DNA of 64,000 nt from the NCBI GenBank assembly GCA_051747385.1, contig JBNJGB010000024.1, positions 25,797-89,796 on the forward strand. Reading direction: 5' to 3'. Made by a program: the position numbers and the translations under genes. This DNA comes from Myxococcota bacterium. Its GTDB lineage: Bacteria; Myxococcota_A; UBA9042; PHBI01; JACKFB01. The stretch's first letter is position 1. Each line of letters begins with the position of its first letter. Under the pieces are notes generated by a model. The model saw only the letters and a list, made by a program, of their open reading frames with translations, ran no database searches and was not told where the DNA came from. This document shows, one piece after another, positions 41,174 to 50,419 of this stretch.

Positions 41174-41746
41174 ATGCACACGCCCGTACGTCGATGGGTA
41201 CGCCTCTCCCCCTCCGCCCGGTGGGGAGCGGCGCTCGCGGCCGTGGTCGCCCTCGCGTTCGGCCTCGTCGCGTGCAAGGAGGAGCTGGATCCCGAGGTCG
41301 TCGGCCGCGGCCTGCCGGACACGGGCAGCACGGGCACCCCGACGCCCGAGATGGCGCAGCGGTGCAAGCTCGACGAGAAGGTGGACGCCCCCGAGGAGGG
41401 CACCCCCGAGCGCGTGGTGGCTCGAGTGCTCGGGGCTGCGAAGGCCGCCGGAGACGAGGACGACGAGGCAGAGTTCCAGCGCTTCTTCGGCCAGTTCGCC
41501 GAGGGACAGGACGAGAGCTGGGCCCGGTCGCAGTACTGGAAGGCCGCCCGCAAGCACGCGGACCTGTTCGTCTACGGCGGGGGCGGCGACGAGCCGGTCA
41601 CCTACGTGATCTGCCGCCGCCAGGAAAAGGACGGCGGGGTGACGCTCTACCTCGGCTCCAAGGACACGCAGAAGAAGTCCCACGTGCCCATCACCCTGGA
41701 GAAGCAGGAGGACGGGGCGTGGAAGGTGACGAAGTTCAGCCCCTGA
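41174..41746 (+). CDS. Hypothetical lipoprotein, 190 aa
   Basis: Strong GGAGGA Shine-Dalgarno 7 nt upstream of the ATG. Lipobox AAVVALAFGLVAC. It forms the C-terminal part of spurious track ORF 40265..41746. Confidence 0.7.
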   Translation: MHTPVRRWVRLSPSARWGAALAAVVALAFGLVACKEELDPEVVGRGLPDTGSTGTPTPEMAQRCKLDEKVDAPEEGTPERVVARVLGAAKAAGDEDDEAEFQRFFGQFAEGQDESWARSQYWKAARKHADLFVYGGGGDEPVTYVICRRQEKDGGVTLYLGSKDTQKKSHVPITLEKQEDGAWKVTKFSP

Positions 41747-41803
41747 GCGGCCCGCGCGGGCGCGCGGCGCGACGCGTGGTGTGACACGAGAGAGGCGAGG
41801 CGC

Positions 41804-43540
41804 ATGAAGACGTGGATGCCAGCCGCAGGCGCGGCGCTGCTCATGGTCCTGGTCGCCGGGTGTGACACCGGTCGGGAGACGGCCCCGAGCACCATGGAGG
41901 TGCACGCCCTGAGCGGCGGGTCGTGCGCCGAGGGCGCGTCCATCGACCCGCTCCAGGACCTCGAGGAGGTGGAGGTGAGCCTCAGCCGCTTCGACCCGGA
42001 GGCGGAGGAGGGCGACGGGTTCGAGGTCATCCGCTCCGTCAGCCGGAGCGTCTCGGACATGAGCTTCACCCTGTCGGGCGTCCCGGAGACCACCGGGGTG
42101 GGGCATCGGATCGTGCTCTCCGGCGAGGGGCAGCAGGCCCGGTGGTACGCCGCGGACATGGACGTCACGGTCCGACGGAACACGGACAACCCCGTGGACC
42201 TGCTCCTGACGCGATTCGGAGGCTTCTCGTGCGTCCCGACGGACACGAGCCTGGTCAACGCGGTCTTCCCGGCCGCCGCGGAGCTGGGGGATGGCCGGCT
42301 GTTCATCAGCGGCGGATTCACGCAGCTCCTGAGCGATCGCCAGGGTGGAACCTACCTGGGCGCCCCGAGCAGCCAGGCGTTCATCTTCGACCCGACCACG
42401 GGTCTGGTGGACGAGGTCATCGACATGGGCGAAGGAGAGGGCCGCGCCGGCCACGCCGTCGAGTTCATCCCGTCGCCCACCGGCGAGGACCGGGGCAAGG
42501 TCCTCATCCTCGGGGGCATGACGCGGCTCGGCGTGGACTCGGGCGCCGGCTTCCCGTTCACCTTCGACAAGGAGGACGGGCGGCGGGACTTCCTGCTGTA
42601 CGACCTGTCCACGTCGTCGTTCGTGGAGGGCACCGACGACGCCATGCAGGTGAAGCGTGGCTTCCCGCGCACGCACCTCATGGCGGACGGCACCGTCGTC
42701 GTCACCGGCGGTGGCCAGTGGCCCCAGGAGGCGTCGACCGACTACCAGGAGGTCGAGGTCTTCGACCCGCAGCAGCAGGCGGGGGCGTGGTTCGTTCCCG
42801 GCACGGCGGGCTTCATCAGCGACTGGCCCCGGACCGGACACAGCCTCAGCTTCCTGGGCAACACGCCCGAGCAGGGCCTGACGCAGCTCCTCGTCTGGGG
42901 CGGTACGACGCCGCCGGGGCAGCGGAAGGGCACCGACTCGGTGGCCGAGATCATGACCCAGTCCTCGCAGCAGGTGGAGGGGATCGACGGCTCGTTCTCG
43001 CCCGTCACCGTCCAGGTCCAGAACCCGGATGACGGCGTGCCGTTCACCTTCTTCCACGAGATGACCCCGCTCGGCGAGCAGGACTTCCTCCTGACGGGCG
43101 GCGTGCGGGCCCAGTGCGCAGGCCAGGGTCAGGACTGCACGCTCCGGGCGCCGGCGGCGGACGAGGCCTGGCACGTCCACATCCAGACCGGCGGCGACGA
43201 CCCGGTGGCTCAGGTCCGCAAGGTGCCGGGCATGGGCGCCGGTCGCGTCTTCCACTCGGCGCACCTCAGCGCCCCGGGGGGCGTCGCGGTGGTCGGTGGC
43301 CTGGCGGGCACGAATGCGGTCCAGACCGACAAGATCATGCTGTTCGACGAGGCCGACTCCTCCTGGGCGGCCGATCCGGCCGGCGGCGACCGGTTCGAGG
43401 GGCGTGGCGCGCATCTCGGGGTCACGCTGGGCTCGCGGGCCGCGCTGCTCGTCGGCGGCGAGACCAACCTCACCGACCTGGACGGCAACACCGGCGCCTT
43501 CGTCGAGGTGTTCGCGCCGTCCAATCTCCACACTCCCTAG
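41804..43540 (+). CDS. Kelch-repeat (galactose-oxidase-like beta-propeller) lipoprotein, 578 aa
   Basis: Lipobox LLMVLVAGC. Repeated Kelch signatures GRLFISGG, KVLILGG, TVVVTGG, LLVWGG, FLLTGG, VAVVGG, ALLVGG. Confidence 0.75.
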   Translation: MKTWMPAAGAALLMVLVAGCDTGRETAPSTMEVHALSGGSCAEGASIDPLQDLEEVEVSLSRFDPEAEEGDGFEVIRSVSRSVSDMSFTLSGVPETTGVGHRIVLSGEGQQARWYAADMDVTVRRNTDNPVDLLLTRFGGFSCVPTDTSLVNAVFPAAAELGDGRLFISGGFTQLLSDRQGGTYLGAPSSQAFIFDPTTGLVDEVIDMGEGEGRAGHAVEFIPSPTGEDRGKVLILGGMTRLGVDSGAGFPFTFDKEDGRRDFLLYDLSTSSFVEGTDDAMQVKRGFPRTHLMADGTVVVTGGGQWPQEASTDYQEVEVFDPQQQAGAWFVPGTAGFISDWPRTGHSLSFLGNTPEQGLTQLLVWGGTTPPGQRKGTDSVAEIMTQSSQQVEGIDGSFSPVTVQVQNPDDGVPFTFFHEMTPLGEQDFLLTGGVRAQCAGQGQDCTLRAPAADEAWHVHIQTGGDDPVAQVRKVPGMGAGRVFHSAHLSAPGGVAVVGGLAGTNAVQTDKIMLFDEADSSWAADPAGGDRFEGRGAHLGVTLGSRAALLVGGETNLTDLDGNTGAFVEVFAPSNLHTP

Positions 43541-43603
43541 GAGCGGTGCCGGGATCCCGGCCGCCGCGTCCCACGACTCGTTTCCAGGCGAGGAGACCCT
43601 CCC

Positions 43604-44995
43604 ATGCTCCACCCGCGGGGGAAGACGTACCGCACCCTGGCCGTCCTGACGGCCGTGGGCGTGTTCAACCTCGAGATGGTCGCGCTGATGCACGGCCGGC
43701 TCACGCTGCCGACGGCCCGGGCGCAGGCCCAGCCGGAGGCCCCGGCCCGAGCGGCCGCGGAGGAGCGCCGCGTCGCCCTCATCGTGTTCCCGAGGCGGAG
43801 CGCCGACGAGGGGGACGCCCAGGTCCTTCAGACGCTGATGCGCCAGGAGGTCGAGCGGTTGAAGGACGTGAGCGTCGTCACCGGCTCGCCCGATCCCGCC
43901 GAGGACGCGCAGTCCGTGGCGGCCGACCTCGTGGAGGCGGGCTTCCGGGCGCTGAACGTGCGGGATCACGTGGAGGCCGAGGCGAGGCTCTCGGAGGCCT
44001 ACGAGAAGCTCATCCGTCACACGGGTCCGCTGGACCGTCGCCTGATGGCGCGGGCCCTCAAGGGGCTCGGCGTGGCCCGGGTGATGGCCGGCCAGATGCG
44101 CGCCGGCAAGGACATGATGCGCGCGTCCCTGAACCTGTGGCCCGAGCAGATCCCTCCAGAGTACGGCTACACGCTCGACGTGCTGAACGCCTTCAAGGAC
44201 GTCCAGCGCCAGCGGACCGAGCAGGCCAGCGGCTCCGTCGACGTGGTCACCGAGCCTGCGGGGGCCGAGGTGCGCATCGACGGCGAGGTCCGGGGATACT
44301 CTCCGGTGAGCGTGCCCGACCTGGCCCCGGGGATGCACTGGGTTCAGGCCCAGCTCGACGGGTACGTCCGCCAGGGCTCCCTCGTGGAGGTGCCCTCCGG
44401 CGAGGCGGAGCAGGTGCGGTACTCGCTCCAGGCCCGCCAGGATCACGACGCCTACAGCGACGTCATGGGCGACGTGCAGCGGCGCTTCGGTTCCCGGCGC
44501 GTGGTCGGGCGGGCCAACCCGAAGCTGATCGACATGCTCCGAGCGGACGACGTCCTCCTGGTGCAGGTGGACCCGCGGGGCAACGGCTATCGCCTGACGG
44601 CGTGGCACGGTGACGCCGAGGGCGTCGAGCAGGCGAAGAAGACGATCCAGCGTGACGCCGACTTCCTGTCGAACATCCAGTCCTTCCTCACCGCCACCCT
44701 GGGCGCCGAGCTGGGCGCCGAGGAGGCCGCCCTGCGGCTGGACGCGCCGCCCAAGAGCAGCGTGCTGGCCACGGGCGAGGAGGAGGAGGACCTCTACATC
44801 GACCCGGACGACCCCATCCTCAAGAGCCCCGAGGAGGAGGAGGAGGAGAGCGTCACGAGCAAGTGGTGGTTCTGGGCCATCGTGGGCGGGGTCGCCGCGG
44901 GCGCCGTTGCTGGCGGCGTGGTCCTGTTCTCCGGCACCGACGCTGGTTCCGGCCCCACCGGCGACATCACCGTCGACCTCCACGGGCTCCAGTAG
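43604..44995 (+). CDS. PEGA-domain protein with a C-terminal TM anchor
   Basis: Signal-like N-terminus; PEGA domain (VDVVTEPAGAEVRIDGEVRGYSPVSVPDLAPGMHWVQAQLDGY); acidic stretch; TM helix WWFWAIVGGVAAGAVAGGVVLF. Confidence 0.65.
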   Translation: MLHPRGKTYRTLAVLTAVGVFNLEMVALMHGRLTLPTARAQAQPEAPARAAAEERRVALIVFPRRSADEGDAQVLQTLMRQEVERLKDVSVVTGSPDPAEDAQSVAADLVEAGFRALNVRDHVEAEARLSEAYEKLIRHTGPLDRRLMARALKGLGVARVMAGQMRAGKDMMRASLNLWPEQIPPEYGYTLDVLNAFKDVQRQRTEQASGSVDVVTEPAGAEVRIDGEVRGYSPVSVPDLAPGMHWVQAQLDGYVRQGSLVEVPSGEAEQVRYSLQARQDHDAYSDVMGDVQRRFGSRRVVGRANPKLIDMLRADDVLLVQVDPRGNGYRLTAWHGDAEGVEQAKKTIQRDADFLSNIQSFLTATLGAELGAEEAALRLDAPPKSSVLATGEEEEDLYIDPDDPILKSPEEEEEESVTSKWWFWAIVGGVAAGAVAGGVVLFSGTDAGSGPTGDITVDLHGLQ

Positions 44996-45041
44996 AACCG
45001 CCGTCCCCGGCGCCCCGAGCCGGCAAGCTGCAGTAGGATCG

Positions 45042-45285
45042 CCGTCCCCGGCTCACAGTTCGTCAGATGTCGCGAGACGAAGGGCTCGCGCAAAGACGCG
45101 AAGCCGCAAAGAAGGACGGCATGCTTCGGCTCGGTGTGCTCGCTCTCGGCCTGCCGGTGACGCGGCGGTCTCGGACGAACCGGTGTGCAACCGGTTCGCT
45201 GGCCTTGGGGTCCTGGCGGCTTGGCGCGCGATTCTCTTCGAGGCCCCGGCATTTCGAGTTGTGTAGGCCTGTGAGCCGTCCCCGG
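45042..45285 (+). mobile_element. Family B MITE-like element, copy 2 (core 45052..45275) with a perfect 10-bp target-site duplication
   Basis: Terminal inverted repeat ctcacag ... ctgtgag. The core is flanked immediately on both sides by CCGTCCCCGG (45042..45051 and 45276..45285). It lies in a convergent intergenic region. Confidence 0.5.
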
Positions 45286-45288
45286 CGG

Positions 45289-48200
45289 TCAGTAGATCAG
45301 CTCGAAGCCGGCCGCCGCCGTCGACTCCGTGTGGGCCTCGCCGTCCGTGCCCTCCGGGAGGGACTGGTTGGCCAGGTAGGCGCCGGTGGCGCTGGTGATG
45401 CGGACCACGACGCCCACGCTCCGCGTCTCTCCGGCGGCCGCGTCGTAGAGCAGGGACAGCGGGATCGCCGCCTCGACGGCCTCGTCCCCGGCGTAGACGG
45501 CGCCGTCGATGAGCCAGGGCAGGTCGGCGGGGAGCGACAGGCCGCGCCAGCCGGCTCCCACGGCCGCGGGGTCGTCCACGGCGGGCACGTAGCTGTCCAT
45601 GTCGAGGGTCGCGAAGCCCACCTCCGCGCCGTACCCGGCCTGGGTCACGCGCAGGACGCTCGCGACGGCGTCGTCGACTGCGTGGTCGCCGTCCGTGAGC
45701 GCTGACAGGTCCGTGACGCCGCTGCCGGCGCCGAGGTCGGTGTCCACGTACGCGACGAGGGCGTTGCCGTCGTGGGCCTTCCCCTCCACGGCGAGGTACA
45801 TGAGCTCGCCGTCGCTCGCCGCGTGGAGAGCCGAGAGCGTGTTCCCCGTGCCCCAGTCGCTGGCGATCGTGTTCGTGGCGAGGAGCGTGGCGCCGGTCCA
45901 CTCGTCCAGGGTGCCGTCCATCGTGGGGCGATAGCCCAGGCGGGTGGTCGCGGTGCCCTCGTCGCAGGCGACGACCACCTCCGCCTCGCCGGGCGCGTGG
46001 GGCGGCGCCGTGAACTGCAGGGGACCGGGAGCGTCCCCCCAGGTGGTGGTCGCCGCGATCCCGTCGACGGTGACGCCGCACGAGCCGTCGAGCCCGGCGC
46101 CCGCGACGGCGACGGTCGTTCCTCCGCCGTGGGTGACCGAGCGTGGCTCCAGCGCGGTGACCCCGACAGCTCCCTCCAGGATCTCCACCGTGGAGAGGTC
46201 GGCGGGAGAGAAGCCGTCCACGGCGCCGGTGCGGTCCACGTAGAGCCAGGAAGAGCCGCCGGTGACCGAGAAGCGCATCGTCGCGGCCCAAGTGCCCGGG
46301 GGCGGCTCCACCGCGCCGGTCCAGACGTCGTTGTGGCCCTCCTCGTGGCTGTAGGCGGCGTCGGTCCAGGTCCAGCCCTCGTCAGAGCGGGGATCCGAGC
46401 CCGCGGGGCCGTAGCCGGCCTGGGCCGTGATCCCGAAGCCGGCGCCGTCCCCCTCCGTCACGCCTGGTTCATAGACCTGCGCGGAGAGCACGGGGCCCGG
46501 CTCTCCCTCGGAGGCGGTGAGCTCCTCGGCGACGTCCAGGCGTCCCCAGTCGGGGAGATCGGGCTCGTACGTGAAGGCATCCGGCGCGACGACGCTCTGA
46601 CCGTCGGGATTGTCCACCGCGACGTCGACGGTGCCGATGGGGGCCGGGGGCGTGACCGCGGAGATCGATCCGCTCCCGTCGGCCACCTCCACGTCGGAGG
46701 CGCTGAGCGAACCGAAGCGCACGGCGGCCCCCGCGGCGAAGTTGGCCCCTGTGACGGTCACGGTCGTTCCCCCACCGGTGGGGCCCGAGGCGGGCGTGAC
46801 CTCGTCGATGCTCGGAGCGTTCGCCACCTCCACGAAGGCGTAGCCGCCCGGATAGGTGGCGGAGCCTCCGTCCGGCGCGGTGATCGTCACGTCCACGGTC
46901 CCCGCCGCGTGCGCGGGGGTGATCACTTCGGCGGAGGCGGTCTCGACGGTCTGGACCGTGGCCTCCTCTCCTCCGAAGCGCACGGTGACGCCCTCGACGA
47001 AGCCGCTCCCGGACAGGGTCACCGGGGTCCCGCCGGTCGCGCTCCCGTGATCGGGCGCGATCAGCAACAGCTCGATGGGCGCCGTCTCCGGGACGCAGGC
47101 GCCGTCCTGGCAGACCTCGCCGTCGCCGGTGCAGGGCGCCTGGGGGCCGCACTCCGGTACACAGACACCGTCCTGGCAGACCTCGCCCGCGTCGCACGGG
47201 TCGTCCTCGTCGCACTCGGGCCCGGTGTCGGGCACACACGTACCGTCCTCGCAGATCCCACCGCCGGGGCACGGGTCGTCCTCGTCGCACTCGGGCCCCG
47301 TGTCGGGCACACACGTACCGTCCTCGCAGATCTCACCGCCGGGGCACGGGTTGTCCGCGGCGCACTCGGGCCCCGTGTCGACCACGCAGGCGCCACCCCG
47401 GCAGACCTCGTCCCGTCCCGTGCAGGGCGTGTCGGGGCCGCACTCGGGGGCAGGGTCGTCGGGACAGACGACCACCGCGGTGTTCATCTCGACGCCCTTG
47501 CTGTCCATGGACTGGACCACGTCGTGCGGCTGCCAGCCGCCCGCGCACTCGGCCTCCGCGGACACGCCCCGGGGCGTCGCGTCCCCGTCGACCTTGTACT
47601 CCTGGGCCACGTCCGGGTCCGCGTCCCCCTTGGCGAACACGAAGACGAACTGCGCCTCCTGCCCGGCCTGGAGCAGCCCGTCGTGCGGCCCGAGGTACAG
47701 GGAGTGCTGGTAGGTGAGCACGCCGTCCCCCGCCTGAGCGTCGCCGCGCGCCCCGTCGTCCAGGAGCTGGATCGGCGTCCACGAGTTCATGGTGCCCTTG
47801 ATGAACACACGGTGGCTCTCGAGGGTGACGGCGCCGACCCAGTCCTCGTGCAGGCCCTCCAGGTCGAGGAAGACCTCGAGGTCCCGATCCCCGTGGGCGG
47901 GGACGGTCATCCCCGGGACGTCGACGCGACCCGTGGTGCCGGCCGGTACCTCGAGCTGCCCGTTGGAGCCGCGCCAGATCCACCGCAGATCGGCGTTGAG
48001 GAGGCCGTACGAGAGCAGCCGATCCTGCTCGGCCCGGTAGCAGGCCACCACGCTCCAGACGTGGTCCCCGGCCACCTCGCCCTCGGGCTCGTGTCCGCCC
48101 GCGCTGACGGGCCCGTCGTCGAACAGCGGCGGATAGGGGCCCTCCTCCGGGAGCCAGCTCGAGGCGAACTCCAGCGTGTTCGTCGCCTCGTCCCAGGAGA

Positions 48201-48474
48201 AGGAGCCGGTCCAGATGAGCTCGCCCTCGCCGTAGGTCCGGTTCGCGGTGTCGTCCACGGCGAACGCGAGCGCGGCGTGGTCGTCGGGGCAGGGGTTCGT
48301 GGCGGGGTTGGCGGTCGCGTCCTCCGTGCTGCCGCCATCCATGGCGTCCCCGGAGGTTGCGTCGGGGCTCGTGTCGGCGGGGAGGGGCCCGGTGTCTTCG
48401 CCGTCGGGCCCGTCACATCCGGCGGCGATGGCCAGGGCGATCGTCGCCGCGAGAGTCCAGGTGCGCACCGTCAT
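45289..48474 (-). CDS. Giant secreted lipoprotein with myxo-type Cys-rich tandem repeats and three IPT/TIG-like domains (adhesin-like), 1061 aa
   Basis: Lipobox TIALAIAAGC. Five tandem units of DTGPEC..DxPC.GGEIC.DGxCVP (nucleotide-level repeats 47100..47420). IPT-like GGTPVTLSGSGF, GGTTVTVTGANF and GGGTTVAVAGAGL. Confidence 0.8.
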   Translation of the reverse strand: MTVRTWTLAATIALAIAAGCDGPDGEDTGPLPADTSPDATSGDAMDGGSTEDATANPATNPCPDDHAALAFAVDDTANRTYGEGELIWTGSFSWDEATNTLEFASSWLPEEGPYPPLFDDGPVSAGGHEPEGEVAGDHVWSVVACYRAEQDRLLSYGLLNADLRWIWRGSNGQLEVPAGTTGRVDVPGMTVPAHGDRDLEVFLDLEGLHEDWVGAVTLESHRVFIKGTMNSWTPIQLLDDGARGDAQAGDGVLTYQHSLYLGPHDGLLQAGQEAQFVFVFAKGDADPDVAQEYKVDGDATPRGVSAEAECAGGWQPHDVVQSMDSKGVEMNTAVVVCPDDPAPECGPDTPCTGRDEVCRGGACVVDTGPECAADNPCPGGEICEDGTCVPDTGPECDEDDPCPGGGICEDGTCVPDTGPECDEDDPCDAGEVCQDGVCVPECGPQAPCTGDGEVCQDGACVPETAPIELLLIAPDHGSATGGTPVTLSGSGFVEGVTVRFGGEEATVQTVETASAEVITPAHAAGTVDVTITAPDGGSATYPGGYAFVEVANAPSIDEVTPASGPTGGGTTVTVTGANFAAGAAVRFGSLSASDVEVADGSGSISAVTPPAPIGTVDVAVDNPDGQSVVAPDAFTYEPDLPDWGRLDVAEELTASEGEPGPVLSAQVYEPGVTEGDGAGFGITAQAGYGPAGSDPRSDEGWTWTDAAYSHEEGHNDVWTGAVEPPPGTWAATMRFSVTGGSSWLYVDRTGAVDGFSPADLSTVEILEGAVGVTALEPRSVTHGGGTTVAVAGAGLDGSCGVTVDGIAATTTWGDAPGPLQFTAPPHAPGEAEVVVACDEGTATTRLGYRPTMDGTLDEWTGATLLATNTIASDWGTGNTLSALHAASDGELMYLAVEGKAHDGNALVAYVDTDLGAGSGVTDLSALTDGDHAVDDAVASVLRVTQAGYGAEVGFATLDMDSYVPAVDDPAAVGAGWRGLSLPADLPWLIDGAVYAGDEAVEAAIPLSLLYDAAAGETRSVGVVVRITSATGAYLANQSLPEGTDGEAHTESTAAAGFELIY

Positions 48475-48544
48475 CCCGCTCCCTCCTCCGCGCCCGCTCG
48501 GGCCGGGTCGAGTCGGGGAACGCTAGCGATCGCCTCGGACGACG

Positions 48545-48645
48545 GTCAAGGACCCGGTACCGTCTCGGGGTGTCTCGCCGGTGTCTCGAACGCCGAGCGC
48601 CGAAGCCCCGCCGGAGCGGGCCGGGTCGCACCCCACCGTCTCGGG
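48545..48645. promoter_or_regulatory. Array of GTGTCTC(G) direct repeats plus an inverted repeat in a divergent promoter region
   Basis: accgtctcggggtgtctcgccggtgtctcg, then about 25 nt on, accgtctcgggtgtctcggccggtgagacaccc. GTCTCG occurs six times, with a 9-bp inverted repeat GGGTGTCTC/GAGACACCC. Confidence 0.3.
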
Positions 48646-48756
48646 TGTCTCGGCCGGTGAGACACCCAGGCAGCTCCGAGGCGCCCCGAAGCCCGTCACG
48701 ACGGCGCGCCGGGGCTGGTACGGCCCTTGCTGGAAGCCCGCGCCGGGAGGTGACGA

Positions 48757-50328
48757 ATGAACGCGAAGGCGAGCGGCGTGGGTCTGGTGGGCATCGAAGG
48801 CGTCCTGGTCGAGATCCAGGTCGGCTACCAGGAGGGTCTCCCGGGGCTCGACATCACGGGACTCCCGACGGCGACCATCCGGGAGGCGCGGCACAGGGTG
48901 AAGTCCGCCGTGCGCGCGACAGGCTACGAGTGGCCCGACGTGCGGCTGCTGGCGAACTTCGCGCCCGCGGATCTTCCCAAGGCCGGGACGGCCTACGACC
49001 TGCCGCTCGCGGTGGCGGCCCTGATCTTCGGCGAGCAGGTGCCCCAGGCAGCTGCCAGGGACGCCGTGTTCTTCGGAGAGCTCGCGCTGGACGGCTCCGT
49101 CCGGGCGGTGCCCGGGGCCATCAACGCGGCCCTGGCTGCGCGCGAGGCCGGCCGCCGACGTCTGTTCACCGCCGAGGCGGTGGCCGGCGAGGCCGCCGCG
49201 GTCCCGGACGTCGAGGTCATCCCCGTGGCCAGCCTCGTGGACCTCGTGGAGGGGTTGCACGGGAAGCGTTCACTCCAGCCCGCCCGGGCGACCGTGCTGG
49301 ACGGCCTCCCGCCCGCGGCGGTGGATCTGCGGAACGTGCGGGGACAGCACCGGGCGCGGCGCGCGATCGAGGTGGCCGCGGCCGGCGGCCACAACCTGCT
49401 CCTCATCGGCCCGCCGGGCTGCGGGAAGACCCTCCTGGCGCGGGCGCTGCCGGGGATCCTGCCGGGCATGGACCTGGAGGAGAGCCTCGAGGCTACGCGG
49501 ATCCACAGCGTGCGCGGCTTCACGAGCCGGTCCAAGGGTCTCCTGCGGCGGCGTCCCTTCCGGGCGCCGCACGCGACCGCCTCGTACGCAGCGCTGGTGG
49601 GGGGCGGGAACCCGCCCAGGCCCGGGGAGGTGAGCCTGGCGCACCGGGGCGTGCTCTTCCTGGACGAGACGCCGGAGTTCCTGCGCTCGGCCCTCGAGTC
49701 GCTGCGCGCGCCGCTGGAGGATCGCCATGTCACGATCTCGCGGTCCGGGCGGCAGGTGTCCTTCCCGGCGTCGTTCGCGCTGGTGTGCGCCATGAACCCG
49801 TGCCCGTGCGGGCACAAGGATGATCCGGCGCGACCGTGCCGGTGCACGCCGCGGCAGATCGCGACGTACCGGCGGCGGATCAGCGGGCCCCTGCTGGATC
49901 GGATCGACATCCAGGTGGAGCTGAGCCCGGTGCGAAGCGAGGCCCTGGCCTCCACGGAGCCGGGGGAGGGGTCGGACGCCGTGCGATCGCGGGTCGTCTC
50001 CGCGCGGCAACGGCAGCGCGTCCGGAACCGGGCGGGCGGGCGGCTCGTGACGAACGCCGAGCTCGACCTGGACGGCCTGGAGACCCACGCGGCGCTCGGG
50101 GAGGAGGAGCGGCTGCACCTGGCCCGCGCGGCGCGCGTGCTGGGGCTCACGGCCCGGTCGTGGCACCGCGTCATCCGCGTGGCGCGGACGATCGCGGACC
50201 TGGACGGCCGCGACGAGATCGGGCGGACGGACCTGTCCGAGGCCCTCACCTACCGCGTCCTGGATCGCGGCAGGCCGGGCCGGAGGGGGACGGCGAAGGC
50301 CGGCCGCAGCGGCGGATTCGCGGGCTGA
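48757..50328 (+). CDS. comM: YifB/ComM family Mg-chelatase-like AAA+ ATPase
   Basis: N-terminal Lon-like domain, Walker A GPPGCGKT, Walker B LFLDE, C-terminal Mg-chelatase domain; 523 aa. Confidence 0.85.
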   Translation: MNAKASGVGLVGIEGVLVEIQVGYQEGLPGLDITGLPTATIREARHRVKSAVRATGYEWPDVRLLANFAPADLPKAGTAYDLPLAVAALIFGEQVPQAAARDAVFFGELALDGSVRAVPGAINAALAAREAGRRRLFTAEAVAGEAAAVPDVEVIPVASLVDLVEGLHGKRSLQPARATVLDGLPPAAVDLRNVRGQHRARRAIEVAAAGGHNLLLIGPPGCGKTLLARALPGILPGMDLEESLEATRIHSVRGFTSRSKGLLRRRPFRAPHATASYAALVGGGNPPRPGEVSLAHRGVLFLDETPEFLRSALESLRAPLEDRHVTISRSGRQVSFPASFALVCAMNPCPCGHKDDPARPCRCTPRQIATYRRRISGPLLDRIDIQVELSPVRSEALASTEPGEGSDAVRSRVVSARQRQRVRNRAGGRLVTNAELDLDGLETHAALGEEERLHLARAARVLGLTARSWHRVIRVARTIADLDGRDEIGRTDLSEALTYRVLDRGRPGRRGTAKAGRSGGFAG

Positions 50329-50419
50329 CGAGGACGGTTCGAAGCCTGCGACCGATCGCCGAGGGACGGCGGGGGGCGTGGGCCGGAGCGGCGCGCCGAG
50401 GGCGCGCGGGAGGAGAGCG

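Noticed and set aside
40214-44983. 1589-aa minus-strand ORF
   Set aside because: Only the last roughly 260-285 codons (the MBL-fold hydrolase) are protein-like. The rest is antisense to three well-supported plus-strand lipoprotein/PEGA genes that have good ribosome-binding sites and signal peptides.
50329-50419. Expected LexA/SOS operator upstream of recA
   Set aside because: I searched by eye for CTGT-N8-ACAG, GAAC-N4-GTTC and myxobacterial-type boxes in the recA upstream region and found none convincing. I do not report an operator.
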